A stretch of 50,906 nt of DNA from a virus (IMGVR_UViG_3300005253_000221:1-50906); one strand, 5' to 3'. Positions 30,344 to 37,975 are shown, counted from the stretch's first letter. The notes: generated by a model not told the origin, from the sequence alone. Program-made: numbers and translations.

Positions 30344-30581
30344 CGCTCACCTCCAGAGTAATTGGGTCAATGGTCTGTTCTCCAGATTCGCCACTCTCAT
30401 TATCTTGCACCCCGTTAATCGTGCCTTGGAGAGCCCGGTAAGACCCGTAGGTGCACATGGATGTATCGTTCAGAAAGCCGCCATCGTCGATTAGTAAATC
30501 AAGGGCCTTCATGAGCTGTAATGCGTTGTATTTCATTACTTGTCCTTTCACGAATTCCGCAGATATGATGTACTTGTTCAT
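30309..30581 (-). CDS. Hypothetical protein
   Basis: 90 aa, translationally coupled. Confidence 0.5.
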   Translation of the reverse strand: MNKYIISAEFVKGQVMKYNALQLMKALDLLIDDGGFLNDTSMCTYGSYRALQGTINGVQDNESGESGEQTIDPITLEVSDGTDSEDLGGA

Positions 30582-30859
30582 TCAATGTCTTCCAGGCTTC
30601 CGATTTTTCGCAGGTCGTTCAGAACCTTAGTTCCATACACCCTCAGAGTGAATGGTGTATCGTCGCTTGTCGTCCCCAAGACCACCCAACAGTGCCCGTC
30701 GGAGCATTTCGCTATGACATACCGCGTTCCCGACCTGTTCTCGAACACCGTAGAAAGCGGGTAATTGTCGCAGTTTGGGCATTCATATTCGTTGTGCTCA
30801 CTCACTACTTGTAGCCTCATTAGTTGTCTCCACATACAGTATTCATGCTTAGGGTACAA
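30578..30859 (-). CDS. Hypothetical Zn-binding protein
   Basis: CPNC...CSDGH; start uncertain. Confidence 0.5.
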   Translation of the reverse strand: MYPKHEYCMWRQLMRLQVVSEHNEYECPNCDNYPLSTVFENRSGTRYVIAKCSDGHCWVVLGTTSDDTPFTLRVYGTKVLNDLRKIGSLEDIE

Positions 30860-31034
30860 TCTTCAACAGTTGTCCGCAACTGTTTATCTGGTCATCTGCC
30901 CAGTCTATCTTGTTTTGAAGCTCGTCCCGATCCCGCACAAGTTCCAATCGGTACTGTTGCAGGTCGCCCTTGTATGACGCGATGTTATGAATCGTTTCAT
31001 TACTCAAAAACGGTATCTTTTCATGAACCATCAT
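30849..31034 (-). CDS. Hypothetical coiled-coil protein
   Basis: 61 aa with GGAG RBS. Confidence 0.5.
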   Translation of the reverse strand: MMVHEKIPFLSNETIHNIASYKGDLQQYRLELVRDRDELQNKIDWADDQINSCGQLLKIVP

Positions 31035-31046
31035 GATTAGCTCCGA

Positions 31047-31493
31047 TCAATATTTTTCCAACTCGTCTATGCGTGCAGATAATGTCTCGGTTGCAAGGCG
31101 GTATGCCCGGAGCGACCGTTTATGTCGTTCCACCTCCTGTTTATGGCTGTAATTCTCCGCATCCAGATTACGCTCAACCATGGCTATCTGGTTCTCCAGT
31201 TCCTCTATGCGTTCCTGGGCTTTATGCTTTCCCGTCTTATCGCAAGACTCCCAACAGTCGCGTTGCGGGCCGATATCCACGCCAGTTTCGGGTGCTCCAT
31301 CAGGCCACGGGTCACTGTCAAGCTCTGGCTTGCGTTCACCAGTTACCGCGTCGGTCACCTTTCCAGTTTCAGGATCAATACAAACCCCGTTTGGATCAGC
31401 GTGTTCTGGATCAAACGATGTATCCTTCACGCCGTCCGGGGCTAGTTCACCCGTGTCCCGCGAGGGATCGAAATTCTCGTCATAGTCACGCAC
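31047..31493 (-). CDS. Hypothetical protein (acidic N-terminus, C-terminal coiled coil)
   Basis: 148 aa with AAAGGAG RBS. Confidence 0.6.
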   Translation of the reverse strand: MRDYDENFDPSRDTGELAPDGVKDTSFDPEHADPNGVCIDPETGKVTDAVTGERKPELDSDPWPDGAPETGVDIGPQRDCWESCDKTGKHKAQERIEELENQIAMVERNLDAENYSHKQEVERHKRSLRAYRLATETLSARIDELEKY

Positions 31494-31837
31494 ATTAATC
31501 TCCTTTCAGTTTTAGTACATGTTTCCACTTCACGTTTATGCGTGCAGAGTACGCTATCGTTTCATCGGTCACATAGGCCGTTCTGGCAATCTTGCACATG
31601 ATTTTTGCCATGTTGTTGATGGGCATCCTTTGCCCATCGTCACTAATATAGTAGGTAGCCTCAAACATTAGTCCATGCCTCCGCCGTGTTTGCTATACCA
31701 TTTGTGCGATTCATTGTTGTGCCGTTGATGCAACGTCTCCGAGCGTTTAACGCCGCTCTTATCACGCCAGTGGGTAACTATCATTCGTCGGTCACTTTTT
31801 CCACTGATGACCTTTACAGTTAGTTTTTCCATATTCA

Positions 31838-32155
31838 TCACAGTACCCTGCGAATACTGGACTCCGACCCTTCGGATAGCTCGACCGTGTGCCCGTTGAC
31901 GCGGAGTTCGATTTTGGGCTCACGTGTCCAGTCTGGGTTTCCGATTTCCGAGATATCTTCTGGCAATTGCCGCGTCCTTTTCCACACCTTTACAATGTCT
32001 AATTCTACAATATCGATATTAGTCAAGTCGTCGTGGTACTTAACGAGTTTGGAAAACGAGGGCCAAACGCCCCACAACTCATCGTTTATGACAACACGCC
32101 TATCACCGTACCTATACTCAATTATGAATCCCGTTTCCAGATCATTCTTTCTCAT
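31838..32155 (-). CDS. Hypothetical protein
   Basis: 105 aa, MRKNDLETG..IEYR.G...DIVKVW (common phage family). Confidence 0.65.
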   Translation of the reverse strand: MRKNDLETGFIIEYRYGDRRVVINDELWGVWPSFSKLVKYHDDLTNIDIVELDIVKVWKRTRQLPEDISEIGNPDWTREPKIELRVNGHTVELSEGSESSIRRVL

Positions 32156-32184
32156 TATTGGGTCCCCTAGAAGAAATTAGTTTA

Positions 32185-32283
32185 TGTGACATAAACCGGG
32201 CGACAGAATGCCAGTAGCTCTACAGCCTTTTCAGGGGCTTACGGGCTATGGTCCTTACGACTTGCCGCCCGGTTTATGTCACA
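32185..32283 (-). ncRNA. Putative structured RNA B (long closing stem plus two hairpins)
   Basis: 18-bp perfect inverted repeat TGTGACATAAACCGGGCG/CGCCCGGTTTATGTCACA, extendable by G-U on the - strand. It encloses GTC-GTAAG-GAC and TAGC..AGCC/GGCT..GCTA stems and fills the intergenic gap. Confidence 0.55.
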
Positions 32284-32458
32284 CACCGATTACAGTATCA
32301 GAATCGGCGAGTCGTTTCTCTGCTTTTTCCCAGATTTCACGCGGCAAAATGTACATTCGTTCCTGTGCGTCAAGTACAGCAGTAGCCTTGCACATTTTGG
32401 CGTTAACGAGATAGTGACACGCGATAGCCACGCGTCCCTCGGGCCTACTGTCATTCAT
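32279..32458 (-). CDS. Hypothetical protein
   Basis: 59 aa MNDSRPEGRV... with GGAG RBS. The longer 173-aa ORF call is probably spurious because it runs through the structured RNA. Confidence 0.5.
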   Translation of the reverse strand: MNDSRPEGRVAIACHYLVNAKMCKATAVLDAQERMYILPREIWEKAEKRLADSDTVIGV

Positions 32459-32479
32459 GGCAACATCTCCGATAATAAG

Positions 32480-32915
32480 GGTTGTAAAGTAGTTCCGCCC
32501 CGGCTCTAAGAGAGTATCGATTCCGACACCGTGCAGCGTCCCACATGTGGGACGCCGGTCACCTTGCGGCGACACACAGCTTAGAGCCTTTCTGTCACTG
32601 GTCTCATCGGTGTTTGAGTTACGAGCACGTATCACCATGCCGCGGTATCGGAATCGATACTCTCTGGGTGACATCGCAGAGAGACGACCCCTGGGTGAAT
32701 TGTTGGCCATCCGGCCTGCCAGTGCCTCACGTTGGACTTCTTGCTGCTGCGGGATCGTGTCTCTACGGTGTCTGTTCCCACCTAGGCTCTCGCATACCAT
32801 GTAACCGATATCAGTATCGGCTGTTGACAGGCTTTGCCGTTGCCACCATCCTAGTGGCGTGTCAGAATTCCTAGGATACTTATTCAGTTTTTTTTTTTAA
32901 ACGTGCTTCCAAACC
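32480..32915 (-). ncRNA. Putative large structured RNA or leader C
   Basis: Starts below a consensus sigma70 promoter. A 23-bp stem (32643..32665 with 32509..32531) encloses five hairpins including GTCGCC-GCAA-GGTGAC and GCGTCCCAC-AT-GTGGGACGC, with more hairpins upstream. Confidence 0.6.
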
Positions 32916-32925
32916 TTACACTTAT

Positions 32926-32954
32926 AGTATACAAGCAAAACTATCGTTTGTCAA
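32926..32954 (-). promoter_or_regulatory. Sigma70-type promoter
   Basis: TTGACA-17 nt-TATACT on the - strand. Confidence 0.8.
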
Positions 32955-33292
32955 ACGAAATCTCGGCTTTTTATGAAAGAATCTACAGATTGTTGCCAGA
33001 CGCTCTTTCTCCCGGGCTTGGGCTTCTTGACAGGTTTGGGCTTAAGTTTTAAGCCCTCCCAAACATCATTGAGCTGACCGATCCTTGCGGCTGTGGCTCG
33101 TATCATGCTTTTGTTGTTCCCAAGCTCGCCACGTGTGAGCCTATTGTGGCACGTTATGGCCGCCCCTCTCTTGGCCGCTAGTGTATCAAAACTATCTAGG
33201 CCATACGCGACATCATTGGCCATCAGAGCGTCAAGTCTCTTCTTCAGAGCATTGGGAATCTTTATTTTATACTTGCGTTGTGTTGTTCGAAT
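32951..33292 (-). CDS. Basic hypothetical protein, probable non-AUG (ATT) start
   Basis: Frame is open for 23 codons upstream of ATG 33223, to an ATT 7 nt after AAAGGAG. Confidence 0.5.
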   Translation of the reverse strand: MRTTQRKYKIKIPNALKKRLDALMANDVAYGLDSFDTLAAKRGAAITCHNRLTRGELGNNKSMIRATAARIGQLNDVWEGLKLKPKPVKKPKPGRKSVWQQSVDSFIKSRDFV

Positions 33293-33330
33293 TATCAGTC
33301 TCCTTTCGAGTAGATGAATTGACGAAAAAC

Positions 33331-33409
33331 TGGAAAGACCACAAGATTTTCGGTGTCTACCCTCTTTGTTCAGGGTAAACTAGGTCTACGTCACCTTGTG
33401 GTCTTTTCA
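33331..33409 (-). ncRNA. Putative structured RNA A (long closing stem plus two hairpins)
   Basis: AAAGACCACAAG/CTTGTGGTCTTT 12-bp stem enclosing GGT-GACGTAG-ACC and GTTTACCCT-GAACAAAG-AGGGTAGAC; intergenic. Confidence 0.55.
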
Positions 33410-33417
33410 TCGTTCCG

Positions 33418-33501
33418 TTAGCACATTGCTGCGTACGCCCATATTGCTAGTCCGATGATCGGTCCCATCTCTACGGCCATATCTGCTAGTAGATGTTTCA
33501 T
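33418..33501 (-). CDS. 27-aa hydrophobic peptide (paralog of 36022..36105)
   Basis: MKHLLADMAVEMGPIIGLAIWAYAAMC. Confidence 0.5.
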   Translation of the reverse strand: MKHLLADMAVEMGPIIGLAIWAYAAMC

Positions 33502-33507
33502 GGTGCA

Positions 33508-34347
33508 TTAAACTCCGCATAGCCCTTCACATTCATTCCCGAAAAGATCAGGATGAGAATTTTGTAGGTTCGCTTTAAAATCGATGGTGTCCAATGGAAC
33601 GCGGGAACTATGCAGATACGGGACACCCCGCATATTGTCGGTCTGTGCCTTAGTGTTCTGCAAATCTTTCTCGAATTGCACGGCCTTAGCGAATTCAACT
33701 GGTTCATCAGTCTTCAACCTCAGCCATTCCGTATCGTCGTGATACGGGCAATACACGCAGGCCGACCGCGGCGGCTTCGGGTAACCGTGATTCTTCATCC
33801 ATCGGAAGCAATCCTGCCGGGATATACCCATATCTATCAATGGCCATTCATGCTCACACCACGGCTCTCGGCTAGGCTTCATTCGGTGACTTTCATCTGT
33901 GGATATTCCGATCCAGCCTATCACACCCACCGTTTTTTGCCCCCGTTTTATGCCCCCAATTCGGCGTTGTGCTTTTATGAGTTCTCGTACTTTATAGTCA
34001 TATGTGCAAGCCCGTTGCATATGGCCCTTTTTACCGTTGGGTTCAAGCGTGAAACAGGGTATAAGGGATTTTGTCCATTGACCCTCTCGATCAGGCCGGT
34101 CACGCAACAGCAATGCCATATCGGTCAAACTCCCTTTGGTTACCTGAATAACCGGGTAGGGATACTTACTGCGTTGGATTTCACCAACAAGCCAGCCGAG
34201 CCATTTATACACACTCTGTGGCTCGGCTTGCGTGTCCGCGAATATAGCCGCATCTAAACGATGTTCGGTCTCGCCAGTGGCAGCCATTAGTGCCAATGTA
34301 GAACTTTGTACGCCAGCACCTAATGATAAGATTCGTGTGTGTTCCAC
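33508..34347 (-). CDS. PAPS-reductase-like (PP-loop) protein
   Basis: LSLGAGVQS, IFADT, CTYDYK, WIGISTDE, PPRSACVYCPY, ECEGLC. Confidence 0.85.
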   Translation of the reverse strand: MEHTRILSLGAGVQSSTLALMAATGETEHRLDAAIFADTQAEPQSVYKWLGWLVGEIQRSKYPYPVIQVTKGSLTDMALLLRDRPDREGQWTKSLIPCFTLEPNGKKGHMQRACTYDYKVRELIKAQRRIGGIKRGQKTVGVIGWIGISTDESHRMKPSREPWCEHEWPLIDMGISRQDCFRWMKNHGYPKPPRSACVYCPYHDDTEWLRLKTDEPVEFAKAVQFEKDLQNTKAQTDNMRGVPYLHSSRVPLDTIDFKANLQNSHPDLFGNECEGLCGV

Positions 34348-34375
34348 GGTGTCTCCTGTCTAAAACATACGCGAA

Positions 34376-34795
34376 TTAGTCGGTTACATGTACTGCCTCT
34401 ATGTATCCACGTAAGTCGCCTTTACTTATTCGTTTGGTCGCCGTAAATCCTTCACATTCCATCGGGTAATCTTCCGCTTGAATAATCTCGGCAGGGATGC
34501 AAATTTCTGGATCAAAATGACCACAGGACAGGAGACAATCGGCCAGACAATGTTTTCTCGCGTCTGAGTCCATGGACAATAGGTCGGATGTTGTGAGGCC
34601 ACAGCAGTCCAATGCCGATTTCCAACGACCCTTGTACAATAGGATGACGACGTGTTCAATCATGACCATCCCATCGGCTCCACACCCCGAGTCCAGGTCA
34701 GTAACCTGGACACATTCACAATATTCATCCTCCCAACTGGACAGGTCAATGTATGATCCGCCGTACTCAATATTACAATCGCCGTTGTACAACAT
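34376..34795 (-). CDS. Hypothetical acidic early protein
   Basis: 139 aa with GGGGAG RBS. Confidence 0.65.
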   Translation of the reverse strand: MLYNGDCNIEYGGSYIDLSSWEDEYCECVQVTDLDSGCGADGMVMIEHVVILLYKGRWKSALDCCGLTTSDLLSMDSDARKHCLADCLLSCGHFDPEICIPAEIIQAEDYPMECEGFTATKRISKGDLRGYIEAVHVTD

Positions 34796-34884
34796 GGTAG
34801 TCTCCCCCTTTCGACAATGCCTTCCGTGGCGTGCCCTAGTGACTCGTGGTCCTAGTTCGGCGAATCCATTCGGCTTCTGGCTTA

Positions 34885-34913
34885 AGTATACGCAACAGAT
34901 TGTGACAGTGCAA
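34885..34913 (-). promoter_or_regulatory. Sigma70-type promoter
   Basis: TTGCAC-17 nt-TATACT on the - strand. Confidence 0.65.
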
Positions 34914-34925
34914 ATGTTGTTGCTG

Positions 34926-35102
34926 CTAAACCGATATGTTCTTGTACTGGTCCGTTCCCGTCATCCAACTATACCACAATCCCGTGGGTGTTTCCATAAT
35001 CACAGCCCCTTTGCGTGTGGGGTCAAGCATGATGCGCTTGTCCCTGTCCGTGTCCAGTACGGTTCGTTCTTGCGTCTCATAGTTGTAGAGTGGTCCTCGC
35101 AT
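34926..35102 (-). CDS. Hypothetical early protein
   Basis: 58 aa MRGPLYNYETQERTVLD... with AGGAGG RBS; not in the ORF track. Confidence 0.65.
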   Translation of the reverse strand: MRGPLYNYETQERTVLDTDRDKRIMLDPTRKGAVIMETPTGLWYSWMTGTDQYKNISV

Positions 35103-35181
35103 GACTAATCCTCCTGCTCAAAACATACACGACAATGCCTTCCGTGGCGTGCCATTGTTTTTGCTACTCGTCGATCCATAA

Positions 35182-35367
35182 TTAACAGGCTGGATCTCCC
35201 GTCCAGCCGCAAGCTACAGCGTGTTGATGCGACGCTGTAGAGGACGATCGCGCAATTTTATCAAGGCACCTCCTACACAAGTACTTCTCGCCGGCCTTTA
35301 ACGTCTCTTGGCTGTGTGTGGCGAGGGGAAGTTGCCCCCCGCATTTACTGCATTTTATAATACGCAT
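35182..35367 (-). CDS. Small zinc-finger protein
   Basis: CSKC...CRRC with AGGAG RBS. Confidence 0.65.
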   Translation of the reverse strand: MRIIKCSKCGGQLPLATHSQETLKAGEKYLCRRCLDKIARSSSTASHQHAVACGWTGDPAC

Positions 35368-35479
35368 AAAGTCTCCTATGATTTTAGATGGTCAACACCG
35401 CCTGAGCCAGCGTCAATTGATGTATTCCCTTTCGTTTATTTTAAGCATACCCAATGAATACACGAGATGCAAACACCTA

Positions 35480-35850
35480 AATGTCACGACTAGTAATGTA
35501 AATAAAGCCCTTAAGGGGTCAAAAACGCTACATTACTTGAATTATTATGTTGTAAGTGTTTATGCAGTAAGTGTTTAGCATTTCAAGTCTAGTGATAAGT
35601 ACTTGTTTCTCTATTAGACTATAGGGGAGAAAGTATATAGGTAACGTATATGTAATAGGTTTACGTATATGTGTATTCCCTATAGAGAACAATGTAAAAA
35701 CCAATACTCGTCACTCGCCTTAGTCAGGTAGCCTGATTATAAATGCTTAGTGGAGCTTAGTTTAAGTGTTCACCTAGCTTAAGTAACGTAGCGTTTCTGG
35801 CCCAATAATGGCGAATACTCCTACCTTGAAGTCTAAGCGTGTGACATGTT
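35480..35850. other. AT-rich imperfect palindrome, candidate replication origin
   Basis: Nested inverted pairs centred near 35655 plus short direct repeats; no credible ORF. Confidence 0.5.
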
Positions 35851-36021
35851 AGCCGAGGGAAACATTGTTGTCCGGGCCCCAACATTGTTAGGCTAGCACC
35901 TAAGCAGAGGGGTAATTGACCTTCAGTCACCGATTCCACATATGCCGCACAAGGCCCTATAATCTAATTGGCCACCCAATACCCGATTTCTGAAGATCGT
36001 GGCTCCTACCCTATGTTACGG

Positions 36022-36105
36022 TCAGCACAGGGCAACGAACGCAGCGATGGCAAGTACAATGATGCCGGGCCAGTCCGATGCCCTGTACTTGAAGTAGATG
36101 CTCAT
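36022..36105 (-). CDS. 27-aa hydrophobic peptide (paralog of 33418..33501)
   Basis: MSIYFKYRASDWPGIIVLAIAAFVALC; starts immediately after the upstream stop. Confidence 0.5.
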   Translation of the reverse strand: MSIYFKYRASDWPGIIVLAIAAFVALC

Positions 36106-36106
36106 C

Positions 36107-36265
36107 CTAATATCCCAGCCATCGGTAGAGTTCCACCCAACTCATGTCGGGTGTCTCGTCGTATCTGTCGATCAGTTGGTGTTCTGCCAAGATCGCCGCG
36201 TTCCGCTGAGCAGTGCGGGGTGTTCCGCACATGTCCAGCACCATTGCTCGTTCTAATGCGTCCAT
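36107..36265 (-). CDS. Small WLGY-terminal protein, paralog 2
   Basis: 52 aa MDALERAMVLD...AILAEH...MSWVELYRWLGY. Confidence 0.7.
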   Translation of the reverse strand: MDALERAMVLDMCGTPRTAQRNAAILAEHQLIDRYDETPDMSWVELYRWLGY

Positions 36266-36267
36266 GA

Positions 36268-36429
36268 TCAGTATCCCAGCCATTTGTAGAACTCTACCCA
36301 AGTCATGCCCTTTGTGGCGTCCCAGTCCTCAACGTCCGTATGACAATGTTCGCTCAATATGGCTACTCGGCTGGATTCACTTAATGGCCCTAGTTTGTCC
36401 ATTTCAGCACAGTGGTCTAATGAGTCCAT
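36268..36429 (-). CDS. Small WLGY-terminal protein, paralog 1
   Basis: 53 aa MDSLDHCAEMD...AILSEH...MTWVEFYKWLGY; not in the ORF track. Confidence 0.7.
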   Translation of the reverse strand: MDSLDHCAEMDKLGPLSESSRVAILSEHCHTDVEDWDATKGMTWVEFYKWLGY

Positions 36430-36738
36430 GGTGTAACCCCTTTCAGATTCTTAAGAGTACAATTGGCTACCCTAAGTCTGCGTAACAGTGGGTGAGTATG
36501 CAAACAAAATGTGCAAATACGCCTAAAAATCGCTGCAAATGGGGCTATTATCGGGCCTATGTCGTTATCGGTCCTGCCCTGTACGCGAGGGATGACGACG
36601 TCCGATAACGCTCCTGTCCGATAATATCGCGACCCCCGGGGTACCACCCTCGGCATTATGGGACCCGCGGCGGGGTGAGTCCGTAACTGGACACCGCTCG
36701 TCTTGATGAAATTTTTATTTTTCCGGCCCAAGGGTGAG

Positions 36739-36768
36739 AAAATAGCCATATATTGATCGGTAGTATAG
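36739..36768 (+). promoter_or_regulatory. Putative phage-specific promoter, copy 1
   Basis: AAATAGCC-N11-GGTAGTATAGA after an A/T tract, at the start of the rightward genes. Confidence 0.55.
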
Positions 36769-36782
36769 AAAGGCGGTGTGAA

Positions 36783-37001
36783 ATGTTTGTGCACTCGAAT
36801 GAGGTGTTGTATCCGAGACCGAAGCATAGGTGGGGGGCGTTTAACGCCCGGCTGGACGCGGGGTTCAGGAGAAGGAAGCCCTCTGATTTCTGCACGATGT
36901 TCGGAAAGCCATTCTATGCCATGGACCGCCAGGAATTAGAGAAGGTGGCGTATATATTGGCCGACTCGATAATCGAGCGCGATAGTCACACAATATGGTA
37001 G
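36783..37001 (+). CDS. Hypothetical protein
   Basis: 72 aa, first rightward gene. Confidence 0.5.
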   Translation: MFVHSNEVLYPRPKHRWGAFNARLDAGFRRRKPSDFCTMFGKPFYAMDRQELEKVAYILADSIIERDSHTIW

Positions 37002-37020
37002 AAAGGTAGGGGGCAGAATC

Positions 37021-37197
37021 GTGGATAATCGATTGTACGAAGATATTTGCGGGTTTACATACGTGTATGCGAAGATCTATTTGAAGTCGGTGGGCCTGTG
37101 GGATCGGAATAAGGATTATGACGGTTACACGATCGTAGAGACGGCGCGCCGCCATAGAGCGAAACAGTTCGGTATTGAAAGGCAGAGCGATGAATAG
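37021..37197 (+). CDS. Hypothetical protein
   Basis: 58 aa with GTG start after AGGGGG; not in the ORF track. Confidence 0.5.
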   Translation: MDNRLYEDICGFTYVYAKIYLKSVGLWDRNKDYDGYTIVETARRHRAKQFGIERQSDE

Positions 37198-37282
37198 CCG
37201 TTGCATAACCTGCGGTATGGAGGCACCGTGTGCGTGTCTTTATACCAGAAGGAAGCATAAACCTCGTGAGGAGGGCAGACAG

Positions 37283-37612
37283 ATGAAGGTGATCAAAAGA
37301 CCCCGGCATTCCGGGAAAACGACCATATTGCTACATGCCATGGTAGCAGACGACGCAGCAGTTATGGTATGCCGGACGCGCGCAATCGCCCACGGCAAAT
37401 GGATAATGTCACAGGAGCTGGGATTGAAGCTGCACACAGATCGGTTTATCTCATTGGCCCATCTGCCATTAAAGGTACAGAATGAACGACTCTTCGTCGA
37501 CGACTTCGATTACATAAGTAGGTGCCATCCTCGGGACGCGGACAGATTGGCGCGGCGGGTTTCGGTCGTGACGGTATCAGATCACACCTCGAAAGGTAGG
37601 AGACATGAATAA
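37283..37612 (+). CDS. Minimal P-loop NTPase-like protein
   Basis: RPRHSGKTT Walker A and LFVDD Walker B in only 109 aa; GGAGG RBS. Confidence 0.6.
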   Translation: MKVIKRPRHSGKTTILLHAMVADDAAVMVCRTRAIAHGKWIMSQELGLKLHTDRFISLAHLPLKVQNERLFVDDFDYISRCHPRDADRLARRVSVVTVSDHTSKGRRHE

Positions 37613-37868
37613 ATTTGTTGATAGGCTGAATGGGTTGAGGGATCATGAGCGTTTGCCATTGCTCTATGAGGACTGGGTGGATAACTCTAGCAGGCACCCT
37701 ATGACAGCGACAGGTGAAATACTGTTGTACGCGTGGGTGGACGAAAGGGAAGCTAAAGATTTGGATGACGAGCAGCTAGTAGATCTCTTAAAGAGACGTG
37801 CAATATCAGTATTTGAGGACAAGATATTGATGTTGCGCGAAGAATGGTCGAACGATACGCCCCGATAA
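37605..37868 (+). CDS. Hypothetical protein
   Basis: 87 aa with AGGAG RBS. Confidence 0.6.
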   Translation: MNKFVDRLNGLRDHERLPLLYEDWVDNSSRHPMTATGEILLYAWVDEREAKDLDDEQLVDLLKRRAISVFEDKILMLREEWSNDTPR

Positions 37869-37945
37869 AAAATTATTTTTGCGGGAAATCACCCCTTAGA
37901 TAGACTTTTTGCAGAAAAAATCCATAAATGCGTGGATAAGCGAGA

Positions 37946-37975
37946 AAATAGCCCCCCATCGAAGGGTAGTACAGA
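37946..37975 (+). promoter_or_regulatory. Putative phage-specific promoter, copy 2
   Basis: AAATAGCC-N11-GGTAGTACAGA after A/T tracts. Confidence 0.55.

Larger units (their letters stand above)
34812..35153 (-). repeat. 24-bp exact direct repeat in two gene leaders (34812..34835 and 35130..35153)
   Basis: GGCACGCCACGGAAGGCATTGTCG on the - strand, each upstream of an RBS. Confidence 0.9.

Noticed and set aside
32459-32800. N-terminal part of the 173-aa ORF
   Set aside because: No RBS, Arg-rich low-quality sequence, and it coincides with dense RNA structure; the RBS supports a start at 32458.
34812-35153. 24-bp repeats as a mini CRISPR array
   Set aside because: Only two copies, 318 bp apart, with a gene and a promoter between them.
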